A program made the position numbers and the translations under genes. Source: Elusimicrobiota bacterium (GTDB lineage Bacteria > Elusimicrobiota > Elusimicrobia > Elusimicrobiales > UBA9959). Taken from it: a stretch of 50,158 bases of DNA. The stretch is from the NCBI GenBank assembly GCA_037137395.1, contig JBAXKK010000007.1, positions 1 through 50,158 of the forward strand, written 5' to 3'. Of this stretch, positions 38,224 to 48,661 are shown piece by piece. The notes beneath the pieces are model-generated. The model did not search any database and was not told the DNA's origin. It worked only from the letters and a program-made list of their open reading frames with translations. Each line of letters begins with the position of its first letter. The stretch's first letter is position 1.

Positions 38224-41124
38224 TTATTCGGCGCGGACAAGAACCTTGGCGGGCTTAAGCCCGTCCGTCTCGGCTGTAAGAATTATTTCTCCGCCCGCGG
38301 CCGCGGGGCGCAGGATAGCCAGGGCTTGTCCGCGGAACAGCTGCCTGGTGTCGGTTTGGAAGCCGGCCGTGTTCAGGGGGTCGCCGCTGCATACCCCGGA
38401 CAATTCTCCCTGGCCGGTGACTGAGAAGCGGACGGCGCCAGAGGCATTTGGTACCGGCTCGCCGGTCTCGTCGAGAACATCGACGGTAATATAGGCCAGG
38501 TCGTTGCGGTCGGCGCGTATGGTCGTGCGGTCCGCGGTCAGGCGCAGGCTATAGGGCTTGCCGGAGGTGCGCAGCACCGCCGAATCCGCCTCTTTACCGT
38601 CGACCAGGCCCACGGCTCGAAGTTCTCCCGTAGTGTAGGGCACATCAAACACCGCGGTCAGAGCTGTTTCCGCCCCAAGATCGGGAGTCACAAACCTTCC
38701 GTTGAAACTGGTGTCGCGCGAGATAGGCTTAGTGCCCACCTCTTTACCGTTGAGCAGGAGCCTTACCTCGGGATAGGTGGAGTAAACTTTTACCTGCATA
38801 GTCCGGCCTTCCTGTCCGGCCCAATTCCAGCTGCGCTCCTCGTCCGGCCAGCCCCATTGCCCTACGGCCTCGCTGCGTCCTTCCGGCAGGGGGCGGCGCA
38901 CGGCCAGCTCCAGCTTGCTGCGGCCCCAGACCACGTCGCGGTAGTAAGACTGGGGCTGCCTGAAGCCGCAGATATCTATGTCGCCGCAGTTGGCGAGGTT
39001 CCATGGCCAGGGTTTAAGGTAGCTGTGTAGGTCGGTGTCCAGCTCGGTATGACCGATGCCGGACTCGCCGATGTAGTCAAAGCCCGTCCATACGAAATCG
39101 CCGATGACCCAGGGCATCTCCTCCACCTGTTTCCAGTATTCATAGATGCGGGCCGGCAGCGATTCCGTGCCCACCATAACTCGTTTAGGCTGACGCTGGT
39201 GGTCAATGGCATAGCGGTTTGAATTATAATTATAGCCGGCCACATCCAGCGCGGCAAAGTAGGGGTCGGCCCCGTCATCAACTTCGTTATACGCCGCCGT
39301 CACCGGCCTGGTGGGATCGAGCTGGCGGACATAGTCGGCTAAACGCTTCGCGAGCCTGGCACCCTTGTCAGTTTTTCGCTCGGCAATCTCGTTTCCGATG
39401 CTCCACATTATAATGCTGGGATGGTTGCGGTCCCGCAGCACCATGCTTGTGATATCTTGCCGCCACCAATCCTTGAAGAAGCGGTGGTAGTCCATCGGGT
39501 TTTTCCCGGTCTCCCAATTATCAAAGGCCTCGTCCATTACCAGCATGCCCAGGCGATCGCACGCGTCCAGTAGTGCTGGGGACGGCGGGTTATGGCTGGT
39601 GCGGATAGCGTTGAAGCCTGCCGCCTTAAGCAGCTCCACGCGGCGCTCCTCGGCGCGGTCGATGGCGATTGAGCCGAGCGGGCCGTTGTCGTGATGCACG
39701 CAGGCGCCCTTGAGCTTGACCGGTTCGCCGTTGATGCGCAGGCCTTTCTCGGCGTCCACTTCTATGGAGCGTATTCCGAATCTGGTTTCAGTACTATCCA
39801 GTGTTTTATCTTCTGATATAATCTCGACCCGGGCCAGGTAGAGGTTTGGTTGCGAAGTAGACCACAGGGCGGGCTTGGTTACCATGATATCTAGCGCGAC
39901 CGGTCCGCTGTTCTTGCGGGGGATAGTGACCGGGACTTCGGCAACGCCCGAGGGTGAACCGTCCGGAGCTATCAGGCTAACCCGTAGACGCGCGTCGGTC
40001 CGGGCGCCGGTGTTCCCCAGCGAAACTGACACGCTGACAGTGGCTTTATCCGGGCTCACTAGGGGAGTCGTGACGGATACGCCCCATAGCGGGATATGCA
40101 CGGGCCCGGTGACGGTCAGCCAGGTGTGCCGGTAGATGCCTGAGCCGCTGTACCAGCGGCTGTTTGCGCCCAGGTTTCGCACGCGCACGGCCACGACATT
40201 TGTTTCGCCGGCGGGCTTGAGCCCGGAGCTTATATCATAGACAAAAGTGGTATATCCGTAAGGGTGGTTGCCCAGGTGCCGTCCGTTAATCCAGATATCC
40301 GCGTCCATATATACGCCGTCGAAGCGCAGTTCCACGCGGCGCCCCTGGTCGGCTGCAGGAATGATAAAGCTTTTACGGTACCAACCTGTACCCCCTACGG
40401 TGTGGCCGGTCGCGGCTCCGCCCGGGCTGGCGCCGGGGTCGAAAGGACCGACGCGCTTTCCCGGGCCGAGCGGGTCGTAGAGGCCAGCGATGCCGGGGTT
40501 AGGGGAATAGACGCGCACCGCCACCACATTGTCTCCTTGGCGGATCAGCCGCGCGGGGACGGGATAGCTGCGGTAGGATTGATAGACATTAGACCAAAAA
40601 TCCTCAAAGTTTGGAGGGAAACTGCCGATGCCGCCGACGCGCACGCCGTTGAAGAAAACTTCGTCGGCGCCCATCACGGTTCCAAGATCGAGTTGGAGGT
40701 CCTTGCCGCGCTGGGCGGGTGAGACGCTGATATGCCGCCGATACCAACCGAAATTTTGGGATTGATCGTAGCCTGAATGGTCCTTCCATTTGGCGGGGAG
40801 CACGACTTTCTGCCAGGCGTCGTCGTCAAGGGAGGCCTTCTTCCAGGAGAGGTCGTCGCCTTGTTTAAACAGCCACTCTCCGTCGCGCGCGGCCAGGACC
40901 GCGATGTCGTCCTGCTCGCGCGGCGGAAGAGCTTCTATGCTCCAATCATGCGGCAGATCCAGGAGGCGCCAGGCGGAATCCTGGAATCCGGGACGCTCAG
41001 CCCCGGCCGCGTCGCCGCGATGGAACCGCCAACCCTCGTCGAAGGACCGCTCGCGTCCGCCGTCAGCGGCGGCATGGCCCGGCATCGGCGCCAGCGCCAA
41101 TAAGGCGAAAAGGAACAAGTTCAT
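38224..41124 (-). CDS. Secreted GH2 glycoside hydrolase (beta-galactosidase-like) with extra inserted sugar-binding domain
   Basis: LDLPHDWSIE, FDGVY, HPYGYT, SRWYSGSGIYR, RTSHNPP, WSIGNE, GTES, WTGFDYIGE. Confidence 0.9.
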   Translation of the reverse strand: MNLFLFALLALAPMPGHAAADGGRERSFDEGWRFHRGDAAGAERPGFQDSAWRLLDLPHDWSIEALPPREQDDIAVLAARDGEWLFKQGDDLSWKKASLDDDAWQKVVLPAKWKDHSGYDQSQNFGWYRRHISVSPAQRGKDLQLDLGTVMGADEVFFNGVRVGGIGSFPPNFEDFWSNVYQSYRSYPVPARLIRQGDNVVAVRVYSPNPGIAGLYDPLGPGKRVGPFDPGASPGGAATGHTVGGTGWYRKSFIIPAADQGRRVELRFDGVYMDADIWINGRHLGNHPYGYTTFVYDISSGLKPAGETNVVAVRVRNLGANSRWYSGSGIYRHTWLTVTGPVHIPLWGVSVTTPLVSPDKATVSVSVSLGNTGARTDARLRVSLIAPDGSPSGVAEVPVTIPRKNSGPVALDIMVTKPALWSTSQPNLYLARVEIISEDKTLDSTETRFGIRSIEVDAEKGLRINGEPVKLKGACVHHDNGPLGSIAIDRAEERRVELLKAAGFNAIRTSHNPPSPALLDACDRLGMLVMDEAFDNWETGKNPMDYHRFFKDWWRQDITSMVLRDRNHPSIIMWSIGNEIAERKTDKGARLAKRLADYVRQLDPTRPVTAAYNEVDDGADPYFAALDVAGYNYNSNRYAIDHQRQPKRVMVGTESLPARIYEYWKQVEEMPWVIGDFVWTGFDYIGESGIGHTELDTDLHSYLKPWPWNLANCGDIDICGFRQPQSYYRDVVWGRSKLELAVRRPLPEGRSEAVGQWGWPDEERSWNWAGQEGRTMQVKVYSTYPEVRLLLNGKEVGTKPISRDTSFNGRFVTPDLGAETALTAVFDVPYTTGELRAVGLVDGKEADSAVLRTSGKPYSLRLTADRTTIRADRNDLAYITVDVLDETGEPVPNASGAVRFSVTGQGELSGVCSGDPLNTAGFQTDTRQLFRGQALAILRPAAAGGEIILTAETDGLKPAKVLVRAE

Positions 41125-41198
41125 AGGCTCTCCTGAGTGAAAAAATACGCCGCGCTAACGCGGTAGATCCCGCATTAGCGCAGCGCGAAGGCAGGGGC

Positions 41199-43013
41199 TT
41201 ATCCTCTGAAATACACGTAAGCCCAGCAGATGCAGAACAGCACTAATCCGGAAGCTGCCACCTCGGTCCAATGCCAGCTGGCCCGGGTGCGCTGAATATC
41301 CTCGGCGGTCGCCGTCTCGAAGGTGAGGCCGGAGATCTTCAGATAATCAGGTTCCTGTGTCATCCGGCTTACCACAACCATTACAACCGCGGATACGATC
41401 GTGATCAGCACGCTGAAGTACTGGAAGTAGATGTTGTTGACTATCCACAACATCGAGCCCGGAGTGTAGCCGTTCTCAAAGCCGGCCAGGCCGAGTGTCA
41501 CAGGAGTGTCTACCGCCATCCGGAAGATACCCATAGCGAACCCGACGATCATGGCCCACAGACAGCCCTTAGCGTTGAGGCGCTTATTAAACACGCCGAA
41601 GAAGAACACTACAAAGACCGGCGGGGCCAGATAGCCCTGTACCGACTGCAGGTAGTTGTAGAGCCCGTGCGCGCCCTGTATCACTGGGATCCAGGCCAGA
41701 GCGATGAGCACCATCACACCTGTGGCGATGCGGCCCATGCGCACCAGCTGATGCTGTGTGGCTTTGGGGCGCCATTTCTCGTAGAAGTCTACGGTGAACA
41801 GCGTGGCGCAGGCGTTGAAGACGCCGGCCAGCGAACCCATCAGGGCTGAGAGAAGCCCGGCTACCACGATGCCCCGCACGCCTTCCGGCAGCAGATACTT
41901 GACCATCATCGGGAAAGCCGCCTGGGCCTCATGCGGAACCGGCAGCCCGTTCGGTGAGACCATTACCTCCAGTCCCGGCACCTTGCCGCTCTTGGCCAGG
42001 GCGAAGGCGATCATGCCCGGGATGATGAAGAGATAGACGGGAAACAGTTTAAGGAACGCGGCGAATATGCTGCCGCGGCGGGCGGTGGCTTCGTTAGGCG
42101 CTCCCAGCGCGCGCTGCACGATGTACTGGTCGGTGCACCAGTACCACAATCCGATGATGGGCGCGCAGAAAAGCATGCCCAGCCAGGGGAAGTAGTCGTT
42201 GAAATACCAGGCCATCCGTCCGGTCTCCTTGACCGGCAGCCAGGTTCCTGTCACTCCGGCCGGGATAAGCGGCTTCCAAAGGTTGAACATTTCCGAGCCG
42301 CAGAGAGCGCGCAGCTCGTGCCAGCCGCCCAGCTGCTTTAAGCCGTAGGCGGTCAGCAGGCCGGAGCCGGTGATAAGGACTACACATTGGATCGCGTCGT
42401 TGTAGGCCACGGCCCGCATACCGCCGAGCATTGTGTAGAGGCCCGTCATCACGATTACGGCTACGGAGCCGATCCAGAAACTGTTGATGAGGTGGCCGGC
42501 AAAGTGCAGGTGTACCTCAGGCAGCAAGGTTGCGAACACTACGCCGCCGGCGAATATGCCCACCGCGATCTTTGACACCACGAAGGTAATCAGCGACACG
42601 AAGGAGAGCATATAGCGCGAGCCCACGGAGAAACGCTTCTCCAGGAACTCCGGCATGGTGAACACCATCGAGCGGGCGTAGAAGGGAACGAACACCCAGG
42701 CTAGCACCAGCAGACACCAGGCGTGCAGTTCGTAGTGAGCCATAGCCACGCCGTCGGCGGCTCCCGATCCTGCAAGGCCGACTACGTGTTCTGAGCCGAT
42801 GTTCGAGGCGAATATTGAGGCGCCTACGACCCACCAACTGAGGTTTCTGCCCGCGAGAAAATAATCGTCCGCGGTGTCTTTGCGCTTATTGATTACCCAC
42901 CAAGCCACGCCTATCAGCACGCTGAAGTAGGCCGCTATCATCATCCAGTCTAGCGAGGTCAGGATGGCTGTGGGGGCGAGCGCCACAGCTGTGGAAACAG
43001 TGTCTGTCGTCAT
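41199..43013 (-). CDS. Sodium:solute symporter (SGLT-like sugar transporter)
   Basis: YFLAGR, ASNIGSEH, TMPEFLEKRF, WYWCTDQYIVQRAL, ~14 TM. Confidence 0.93.
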   Translation of the reverse strand: MTTDTVSTAVALAPTAILTSLDWMMIAAYFSVLIGVAWWVINKRKDTADDYFLAGRNLSWWVVGASIFASNIGSEHVVGLAGSGAADGVAMAHYELHAWCLLVLAWVFVPFYARSMVFTMPEFLEKRFSVGSRYMLSFVSLITFVVSKIAVGIFAGGVVFATLLPEVHLHFAGHLINSFWIGSVAVIVMTGLYTMLGGMRAVAYNDAIQCVVLITGSGLLTAYGLKQLGGWHELRALCGSEMFNLWKPLIPAGVTGTWLPVKETGRMAWYFNDYFPWLGMLFCAPIIGLWYWCTDQYIVQRALGAPNEATARRGSIFAAFLKLFPVYLFIIPGMIAFALAKSGKVPGLEVMVSPNGLPVPHEAQAAFPMMVKYLLPEGVRGIVVAGLLSALMGSLAGVFNACATLFTVDFYEKWRPKATQHQLVRMGRIATGVMVLIALAWIPVIQGAHGLYNYLQSVQGYLAPPVFVVFFFGVFNKRLNAKGCLWAMIVGFAMGIFRMAVDTPVTLGLAGFENGYTPGSMLWIVNNIYFQYFSVLITIVSAVVMVVVSRMTQEPDYLKISGLTFETATAEDIQRTRASWHWTEVAASGLVLFCICWAYVYFRG

Positions 43014-44119
43014 TAGTCATTTCTCCTTTTGTTTTTAGTATTCTTTGCTTTGGGTAGTGATGAAAACTTGAAAATCGTAGTAGTGCGGTATGTTTTGCCC
43101 GGTCTCAGGACGGCGGAAGGGAACTGTCTCTGGTTGGGAGCGTCCGGAAAGCGCTGCGTTTCCAGACAGAGCCCGGCGTGACGCTGGTAGGGCTTTGCGC
43201 CCTTGCCGACGGCCGTACCGTCCAGAAAATTTCCGGAATAAAACTGCATGCCAGGCTGATTTGTAAAAACCTTCATAACCCGTCCGCTTCCAGGTTCGAT
43301 AAGCGTGGCCGCGAGAGACGGCTTACCGGAGGCGGAGGCCTTGAGAACGAAATTATGGTCGTAGCCGGCCGGGTCGCCGCCGGCCTCCCTGAGACGAGCG
43401 CCTACGGGCGCGGGCTTGCGAAAATCCAGGGCACTGCCCGCGACCGGCAAAATTTTTCCGGTGGGGATAAGCCGCTCATCGGCCGGGGTGTAGCGGTTGG
43501 CGCGGACGCAGAGCATATGATTTAAGATATCGCCATAGCCGGCGCCGGCGAGGTTGAAATAGGTATGGTTGGTCAGGCTGACGACGGTGGCCCGGTCGGT
43601 TTTGGCCTGATAGGAGATGCGGACCTCGTTGTTATCGGTCAGCGTGAAGGTGACGGACGCATCCAGGTTTCCAGGGTAGCCTTCCTCGCCATCGGGGCTG
43701 CGCAGAGAGAAACTAACTGATGCTTGTCCGGGCATGACCCGCGCCTTCCAGACGCGCTTGTCGAACCCCTTTAATCCCCCGTGCAGAGAGTTAGTGCCGT
43801 CGTTGCGCGCCAAATGGTATGTTTTTCCATCCAGAGTGAATCGGCCTTGCGCGATGCGGTTAGCAAAGCGCCCAACGGTGCAGCCGAGGTATATCTTTGA
43901 GGTTAAATAGGATGAGAGGCTGTCAAAACCCAGCGCCACATCATCAATCTTACCGTCACGGTCTGAAACCAGGAGGCGGGTGATAGTGGCGCCATACGAG
44001 GAAAGGCTTAATTGCATGCCGCTATTATTGGTGAGAGTGTAGAGTTCCACGGGCTCCCCGTCGGGCGTAATACCGAAAGGCGCGGTTTTGATCTTAGTTT
44101 TAGTGGTCATCACTGTCAT
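43013..44119 (-). CDS. galM: Aldose 1-epimerase (mutarotase)
   Basis: GRFANRI, LHGG, LTNHTYFNL, GYDHNF, QFYSGN, CLETQ. Confidence 0.93.
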   Translation of the reverse strand: MTVMTTKTKIKTAPFGITPDGEPVELYTLTNNSGMQLSLSSYGATITRLLVSDRDGKIDDVALGFDSLSSYLTSKIYLGCTVGRFANRIAQGRFTLDGKTYHLARNDGTNSLHGGLKGFDKRVWKARVMPGQASVSFSLRSPDGEEGYPGNLDASVTFTLTDNNEVRISYQAKTDRATVVSLTNHTYFNLAGAGYGDILNHMLCVRANRYTPADERLIPTGKILPVAGSALDFRKPAPVGARLREAGGDPAGYDHNFVLKASASGKPSLAATLIEPGSGRVMKVFTNQPGMQFYSGNFLDGTAVGKGAKPYQRHAGLCLETQRFPDAPNQRQFPSAVLRPGKTYRTTTIFKFSSLPKAKNTKNKRRND

Positions 44120-44826
44120 TAATGAGAGCCCTTTGATTGTCCGTAGTATGATCCGGCCCCGTGCTTGCGCCGGAAATGTCGGTCTAAAAGATAGCGCGCC
44201 AGAGGCTTAGCGCGGGGGACGAGTTGTAAGGTTTTAATAGCCATCTCAGCTACGATTTCAAGAGCCAGCGCGTTTTCCACGGCCTGGGCGCCGCATGAGC
44301 CCCAGGCGAAGACCCCGTGCCCGTGCACCAGAACCGCGCGCATGGCGGCCGCGTCCAACCCGGAGAAGCGTTCAGCTATAACATTACCCGTCTCCCATTC
44401 ATAGGCACCCTGCGTCTCTTTTGCGGTTAGCGGGCGCGTCACTGGAACCTCTCCGTAAAAATAATCCGCGTGGGTTGTTCCCAGGCACGGGATGGGTTTG
44501 CCCGCCTGGGCGAAGGCGGTCGCGTTGCGCGAATGGGTGTGCACAACGGAGCGTGCGGCAGCGAAAGCTTTATAAAGCCGCCGGTGAGTCGGCGCGTCCG
44601 AAGAGGGTTTAAGCCGTCCCCCGACCTGTTTGCCGTCCAAGTCCACTAAAACCATGTCCTTTGGAGTCAGGTCTTTATAGGGCACCCCGCTGGGCTTGAT
44701 AGCGAACACGCCGGACGCGCGGTCAATGACGCTGACATTTCCGAAAGTCAGGTCGATGAGCCGGTGGGCGGGAAGGAGGAGGTTAGCCTCGCAGCACTCC
44801 CGCCGTATCGCGTCGTAGCGTTTCAT
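44119..44826 (-). CDS. araD: L-ribulose-5-phosphate 4-epimerase
   Basis: TFGNVS, IKPSGV, PSSDAPTH, VVHTHS, GTTHADYF, HGHG, YYGQ; AAGGA RBS before ATG 44826. Confidence 0.95.
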   Translation of the reverse strand: MKRYDAIRRECCEANLLLPAHRLIDLTFGNVSVIDRASGVFAIKPSGVPYKDLTPKDMVLVDLDGKQVGGRLKPSSDAPTHRRLYKAFAAARSVVHTHSRNATAFAQAGKPIPCLGTTHADYFYGEVPVTRPLTAKETQGAYEWETGNVIAERFSGLDAAAMRAVLVHGHGVFAWGSCGAQAVENALALEIVAEMAIKTLQLVPRAKPLARYLLDRHFRRKHGAGSYYGQSKGSH

Positions 44827-44833
44827 TTCATCC

Positions 44834-46348
44834 TTAGAGGCGCCCCAGACCGGGCGCGACATGGTAATAAACTTCGTCGTTGCGCAACTGCTGTTTGAAG
44901 GAGCGCAGTTCGGTGCCCTTTGCTATGAGTGCCAGCTCGATGCCGGCCATGGCCGCGAAATCTTCCAGGTGCTCGGTTGTGACGGCGTAGCTGAAGGCCG
45001 TGTGATGCGCGCCTCCGGCATATATCCATGCCGCGCAGGCGGTCTTAAAGTCGGGCCGGCAGCGCCACACCGCGCGGGCGACAGGGAGCTTGGGCAGGGG
45101 ACGCGGCGGCTTAACCACGTCGACTTCGTTGACGATCAGGCGAAAGCGGTTACCAAGGTCGATGAGCGAGGCGTTTAGCGCGGCGCCGGCGTGCGCGTCG
45201 AATACGAGCCGTACCGGGGCTTCTTTGCCGCCGATGCCGAGGGGATGGATCTCTAAAGAGGGTTTGCCAGCCGCGATGGATTCGCAGACTTCCAGCATAT
45301 GCGCGCCAAGGACCAGGTGGCCGTCCGGGCTCATGTGGTAAGTGTAGTCCTCCATGAACGAGGTGCCACCCGGCAGATCGCAGGCCATAGCCTTCATGGC
45401 GCGCAACAGCGCGCAGGTCTTCCAATCGCCTTCTGCGCCGAAGCCGTAGCCGTCCGCCATCAGGCGCTGCACCGCGAGGCCAGGCAGCTGCTTTAGGCCG
45501 TGCAAGCTTTCAAATGTGGTGGTGAATCCGTTAAACCCGCCGTCTTCCAGGAACCGGCGCATGCCTAGCTCTATGCGCGCGCCGTCGCGCAGCGAGGCGT
45601 GGCGCTCCGCGCCTTTGCGCAGAGCCTTGGCTACGTCGTAGCGCTGCTCATATTGCGCGCAGAGCCGGCTGATAGCGGCGTCGCCCACCGAATCTACGCA
45701 GCGCGTCAGGTCCTCTATGCCGTAACCGTCTACCGAGAAGCCGAAGCGGGCCTGGGCCGACACCTTGTCGCCCTCCGTTACCGCCACCTGGCGCATATTG
45801 TCGCCGAAGCGGGCGAACCGCGCGCCCTGCATATCGTGCCACGCCCGCGCCGCGCGCATCCAGGCCGCGATGCGGTCCTGCACTTCCGTATCTGACCAGT
45901 GTCCCACTACCACCTTGCGGTTCAGGCGCAGGCGCGTGTGTAGGAAACCCGCTTCGCGGTCGCCGTGGGCGGCCTGATTTAGGTTCATAAAATCCATGTC
46001 GATATCGCCCCAGGGCAGGTCGCGGTTGAACTGTGTGTGCAGGTGCATCATCGGCTTGTTAAGGAGGGAAAGCCCGCCGATCCACATTTTTGCGGGTGAG
46101 AATGTGTGCATCCACAGGATCAGGCCGGCGCACTGCGGCGCGTGGTTGGCTTCCAGGCAGAGTTGGCGGATGTCGTCCGGCGTGGTCATAACCGGCTTGC
46201 AGACCAGTTTTACGGGCAGGCGCTTGGAGCCGTTAAGGGCCGCGACGATCTTTTTTGAGTTTGCCGCAACCTTCTTTATCGCCGCCTCTCCGTAGAGGTG
46301 CTGGCTTCCTGTGACCTGCCAAATTTCCATGTGTTTAAGGTTTTTCAT
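44834..46348 (-). CDS. araA: L-arabinose isomerase
   Basis: [57 protein letters not shown]. Confidence 0.97.
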   Translation of the reverse strand: MKNLKHMEIWQVTGSQHLYGEAAIKKVAANSKKIVAALNGSKRLPVKLVCKPVMTTPDDIRQLCLEANHAPQCAGLILWMHTFSPAKMWIGGLSLLNKPMMHLHTQFNRDLPWGDIDMDFMNLNQAAHGDREAGFLHTRLRLNRKVVVGHWSDTEVQDRIAAWMRAARAWHDMQGARFARFGDNMRQVAVTEGDKVSAQARFGFSVDGYGIEDLTRCVDSVGDAAISRLCAQYEQRYDVAKALRKGAERHASLRDGARIELGMRRFLEDGGFNGFTTTFESLHGLKQLPGLAVQRLMADGYGFGAEGDWKTCALLRAMKAMACDLPGGTSFMEDYTYHMSPDGHLVLGAHMLEVCESIAAGKPSLEIHPLGIGGKEAPVRLVFDAHAGAALNASLIDLGNRFRLIVNEVDVVKPPRPLPKLPVARAVWRCRPDFKTACAAWIYAGGAHHTAFSYAVTTEHLEDFAAMAGIELALIAKGTELRSFKQQLRNDEVYYHVAPGLGRL

Positions 46349-46372
46349 ATGTTTTTAGTTGGAATCTCCGTG

Positions 46373-48079
46373 TCAGGATTTGTGTGCCCGCTGTTTGATG
46401 GCTATGAGCTCTTTCATCACCAGCGAGAGGTCAGGCGCCGGCTTGACCCCGCCGAAGGCGTCGTGAAGCTTGCGGTAGAGAGCATAAAGCTCGTCGTAAA
46501 CGCTCTTTTGTCCTGCCTGCGGCCGGTAAACCACATCCTTAAGCGAGGTCATGCGGCGCTGCGCTTCGGGGAAGGTGTCGTGCCCGCCCTTCGCTTTGCC
46601 GGCCAGGACCGCGGCTGAAAGGGCTGAGCCGAGGGCGCAGGCCTGGCTTGAGCCCGAGACCCGCATCTCGCAGCCGGTCACATCCGCGTAAATCTGCATA
46701 AGGAAAGGGTTTTTTTCGGCGATGCCGCCGCAGCAGACGATGCGCCGCACCGGGATGTTGTATTTCTGAAGCCGCTCAAGGATGGCGCGGGCGCCGAACG
46801 CGGTGGCCTCGATCAGGGCGCGATAGATTTCCGCGCGCGTAGTGTGCAGAGTCTGCCCCACCAACAGGCCGGTGAGCAGGGGATCGACGAGGATGGTTCT
46901 GTTGCCATTGTTCCAGTCAAGCGCCAGCAGCCCGCTTTGGCCGGGCTTGTGTTTCTCGACTTCACGGACCAGGCGCGCGTGCAGGGCGCTGTCTCCGAGG
47001 CAGACCACCTCAACAAACCATTTGAAAATATCGCCCACCGCGGATTGACCGGCTTCAATACCGTAAAAATTAGGGAGGATAGCGCCTTTGACGATTCCGC
47101 AGATGCCAGGGACGTCGGCTACCTTTTTGCTGGCGGAAACGACCGTGCAGTCGCAGGTGGAAGTGCCGATGACTTTGACCAGAACGCCATCGGTAACGCC
47201 GCTACCGATAGCGCCGTAGTGTACATCGAACTCGCCGATGGCGATGGGGATCCCGGCGGGCAGGCCCAATTTATCGGCCCAATGGGAGCAGAGCGTTCCG
47301 GCCGCGACTGTGGCGTCATGCGCCTTGTCGTAGAGCCGGTCGCGCAGCGCGGCGAGCTTTGGGTCGAGCCGGCTGAGGAATTTTTTATCCGGCAGGCCGC
47401 CCCATTCGTCGCAGTAAAAGGCTTTGTGTCCGGCAGCGCAGATGCCGCGCTTAATGCGCCTCGGATCGGTCTCCCCAGCCAGCACAGCCGGGACATAATC
47501 GCACAGTTCCACCCAGCTGAAAGCCGCGTCAAAAACTTCCGGCGATGTTTTGAGACAATGCCATATTTTTGACCACCACCATTCCGAAGAATAGGTGTTG
47601 CCGCATTTGGCGATATATTCGGGACGGTATTTAGCGGCGAGCCGAGTGATTTCGGCCGCCTCGCGGTAGCCGGTGTGGTCTTTCCACAGCCAGCATTGGG
47701 CTGCGAGATTATTGCGCCATTTCTTGTTAAAGGCGAGAGGGACGTTGTTCTCGTCCACAGGAATCGGGCTTGAGCCGGTGGTGTCCACGCCTACGCCGAT
47801 GACACGGCTCTTCGAGAAAGCGTGGCTCCGGCCGGCTTGGCGCAGCGCGCCTTTAACGCTGGTTTCCAGGCCGTATAGATAATCGGCGGGGTTCTGCCGG
47901 GAGAGATTGTGGTCAGTTTTGTCCGTCAGTACACCCTGGTGGCCGCTGGGGTAGGGTACGACGCATGTGCCGACCTCGGTGCCGTCGGCGCAATCAACGA
48001 TGAGAGCGCGGACAGAGTTGGTTCCGTAATCGATACCTAAGGAATAAGAGCGGGAGGATTGGCTGGATTTAGAAGCCAT
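46373..48079 (-). CDS. araB: Ribulokinase
   Basis: GIDYGTNSVRA, WKDHT, YSSEW, GTSTC, EAGQSAVGD, LDWNNGNR, GGIAEKN; adjacent to araA. Confidence 0.95.
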   Translation of the reverse strand: MASKSSQSSRSYSLGIDYGTNSVRALIVDCADGTEVGTCVVPYPSGHQGVLTDKTDHNLSRQNPADYLYGLETSVKGALRQAGRSHAFSKSRVIGVGVDTTGSSPIPVDENNVPLAFNKKWRNNLAAQCWLWKDHTGYREAAEITRLAAKYRPEYIAKCGNTYSSEWWWSKIWHCLKTSPEVFDAAFSWVELCDYVPAVLAGETDPRRIKRGICAAGHKAFYCDEWGGLPDKKFLSRLDPKLAALRDRLYDKAHDATVAAGTLCSHWADKLGLPAGIPIAIGEFDVHYGAIGSGVTDGVLVKVIGTSTCDCTVVSASKKVADVPGICGIVKGAILPNFYGIEAGQSAVGDIFKWFVEVVCLGDSALHARLVREVEKHKPGQSGLLALDWNNGNRTILVDPLLTGLLVGQTLHTTRAEIYRALIEATAFGARAILERLQKYNIPVRRIVCCGGIAEKNPFLMQIYADVTGCEMRVSGSSQACALGSALSAAVLAGKAKGGHDTFPEAQRRMTSLKDVVYRPQAGQKSVYDELYALYRKLHDAFGGVKPAPDLSLVMKELIAIKQRAHKS

Positions 48080-48326
48080 AAGAGCAAATATCTCAGAGTT
48101 TACTGAAGTTTATATATATGCCGGCGCGAAAGTTCGCAAAAATCAACCCGAATGTATTATACAAAAAAACTTCGCGTTGGCGCATTTTTACCCGCAGGCT
48201 GGTGTGAATGGCAATCCGCTTTGATTAAGTGTTCCTATAATATAAAGGAATAATCCAGGATTTTAACTCCGAACCACAAATCAGATTGTTCTTAAAAGGG
48301 TAAAAAGTGGTAAAATAAACACAATC

Positions 48327-48363
48327 GGCGCGGTGGCCAAGTGGTAAGGCGGAAGTCTGCAAA
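48327..48363 (+). pseudogene. 5' half of tRNA-Cys(GCA), truncated right after the anticodon loop (att-site-like)
   Basis: GGCGCGGTGGCCAAGTGGTAAGGCGGAAGTCTGCAAA, then no complementary anticodon stem, T arm or acceptor 3' strand; TGG-TAAAAT extended -10 at 48308-48316. Confidence 0.85.
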
Positions 48364-48458
48364 GCCTAAAAAATCCTTATAATACAAGCACTATTTTAAA
48401 CCGCTATTGGTAAGAGATACTACCAAATTCCATCAAATTGTATGGTTTGGACCCCATT

Positions 48459-48480
48459 GTGTCAGACTGGTGTCAGACTG
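48459..48480. repeat. Tandem 11-bp direct repeat GTGTCAGACTG (possible integrase arm sites)
   Basis: Two perfect abutting copies ~95 bp from the tRNA half. Confidence 0.6.
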
Positions 48481-48661
48481 TTTTTATCGGTTTTCAGGGC
48501 TTACTTTGCGGGACAACTAACCCCGAATTTAAAGGATTTACCCGGCGCGCGCTATACCGGAAGCGGCAGTTTTATGAAGTGTACCGGCAAAAGCAATTTG
48601 TGTCGGCAGTGCTGACACAAATTAGTCGGACCAACTATTTGTTTGTCCCCTGATAAACAGC

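Noticed and set aside
48364..48660. Group I intron in tRNA-Cys
   Set aside because: No 3' exon was found downstream, and no P/Q/R/S core elements were recognised.
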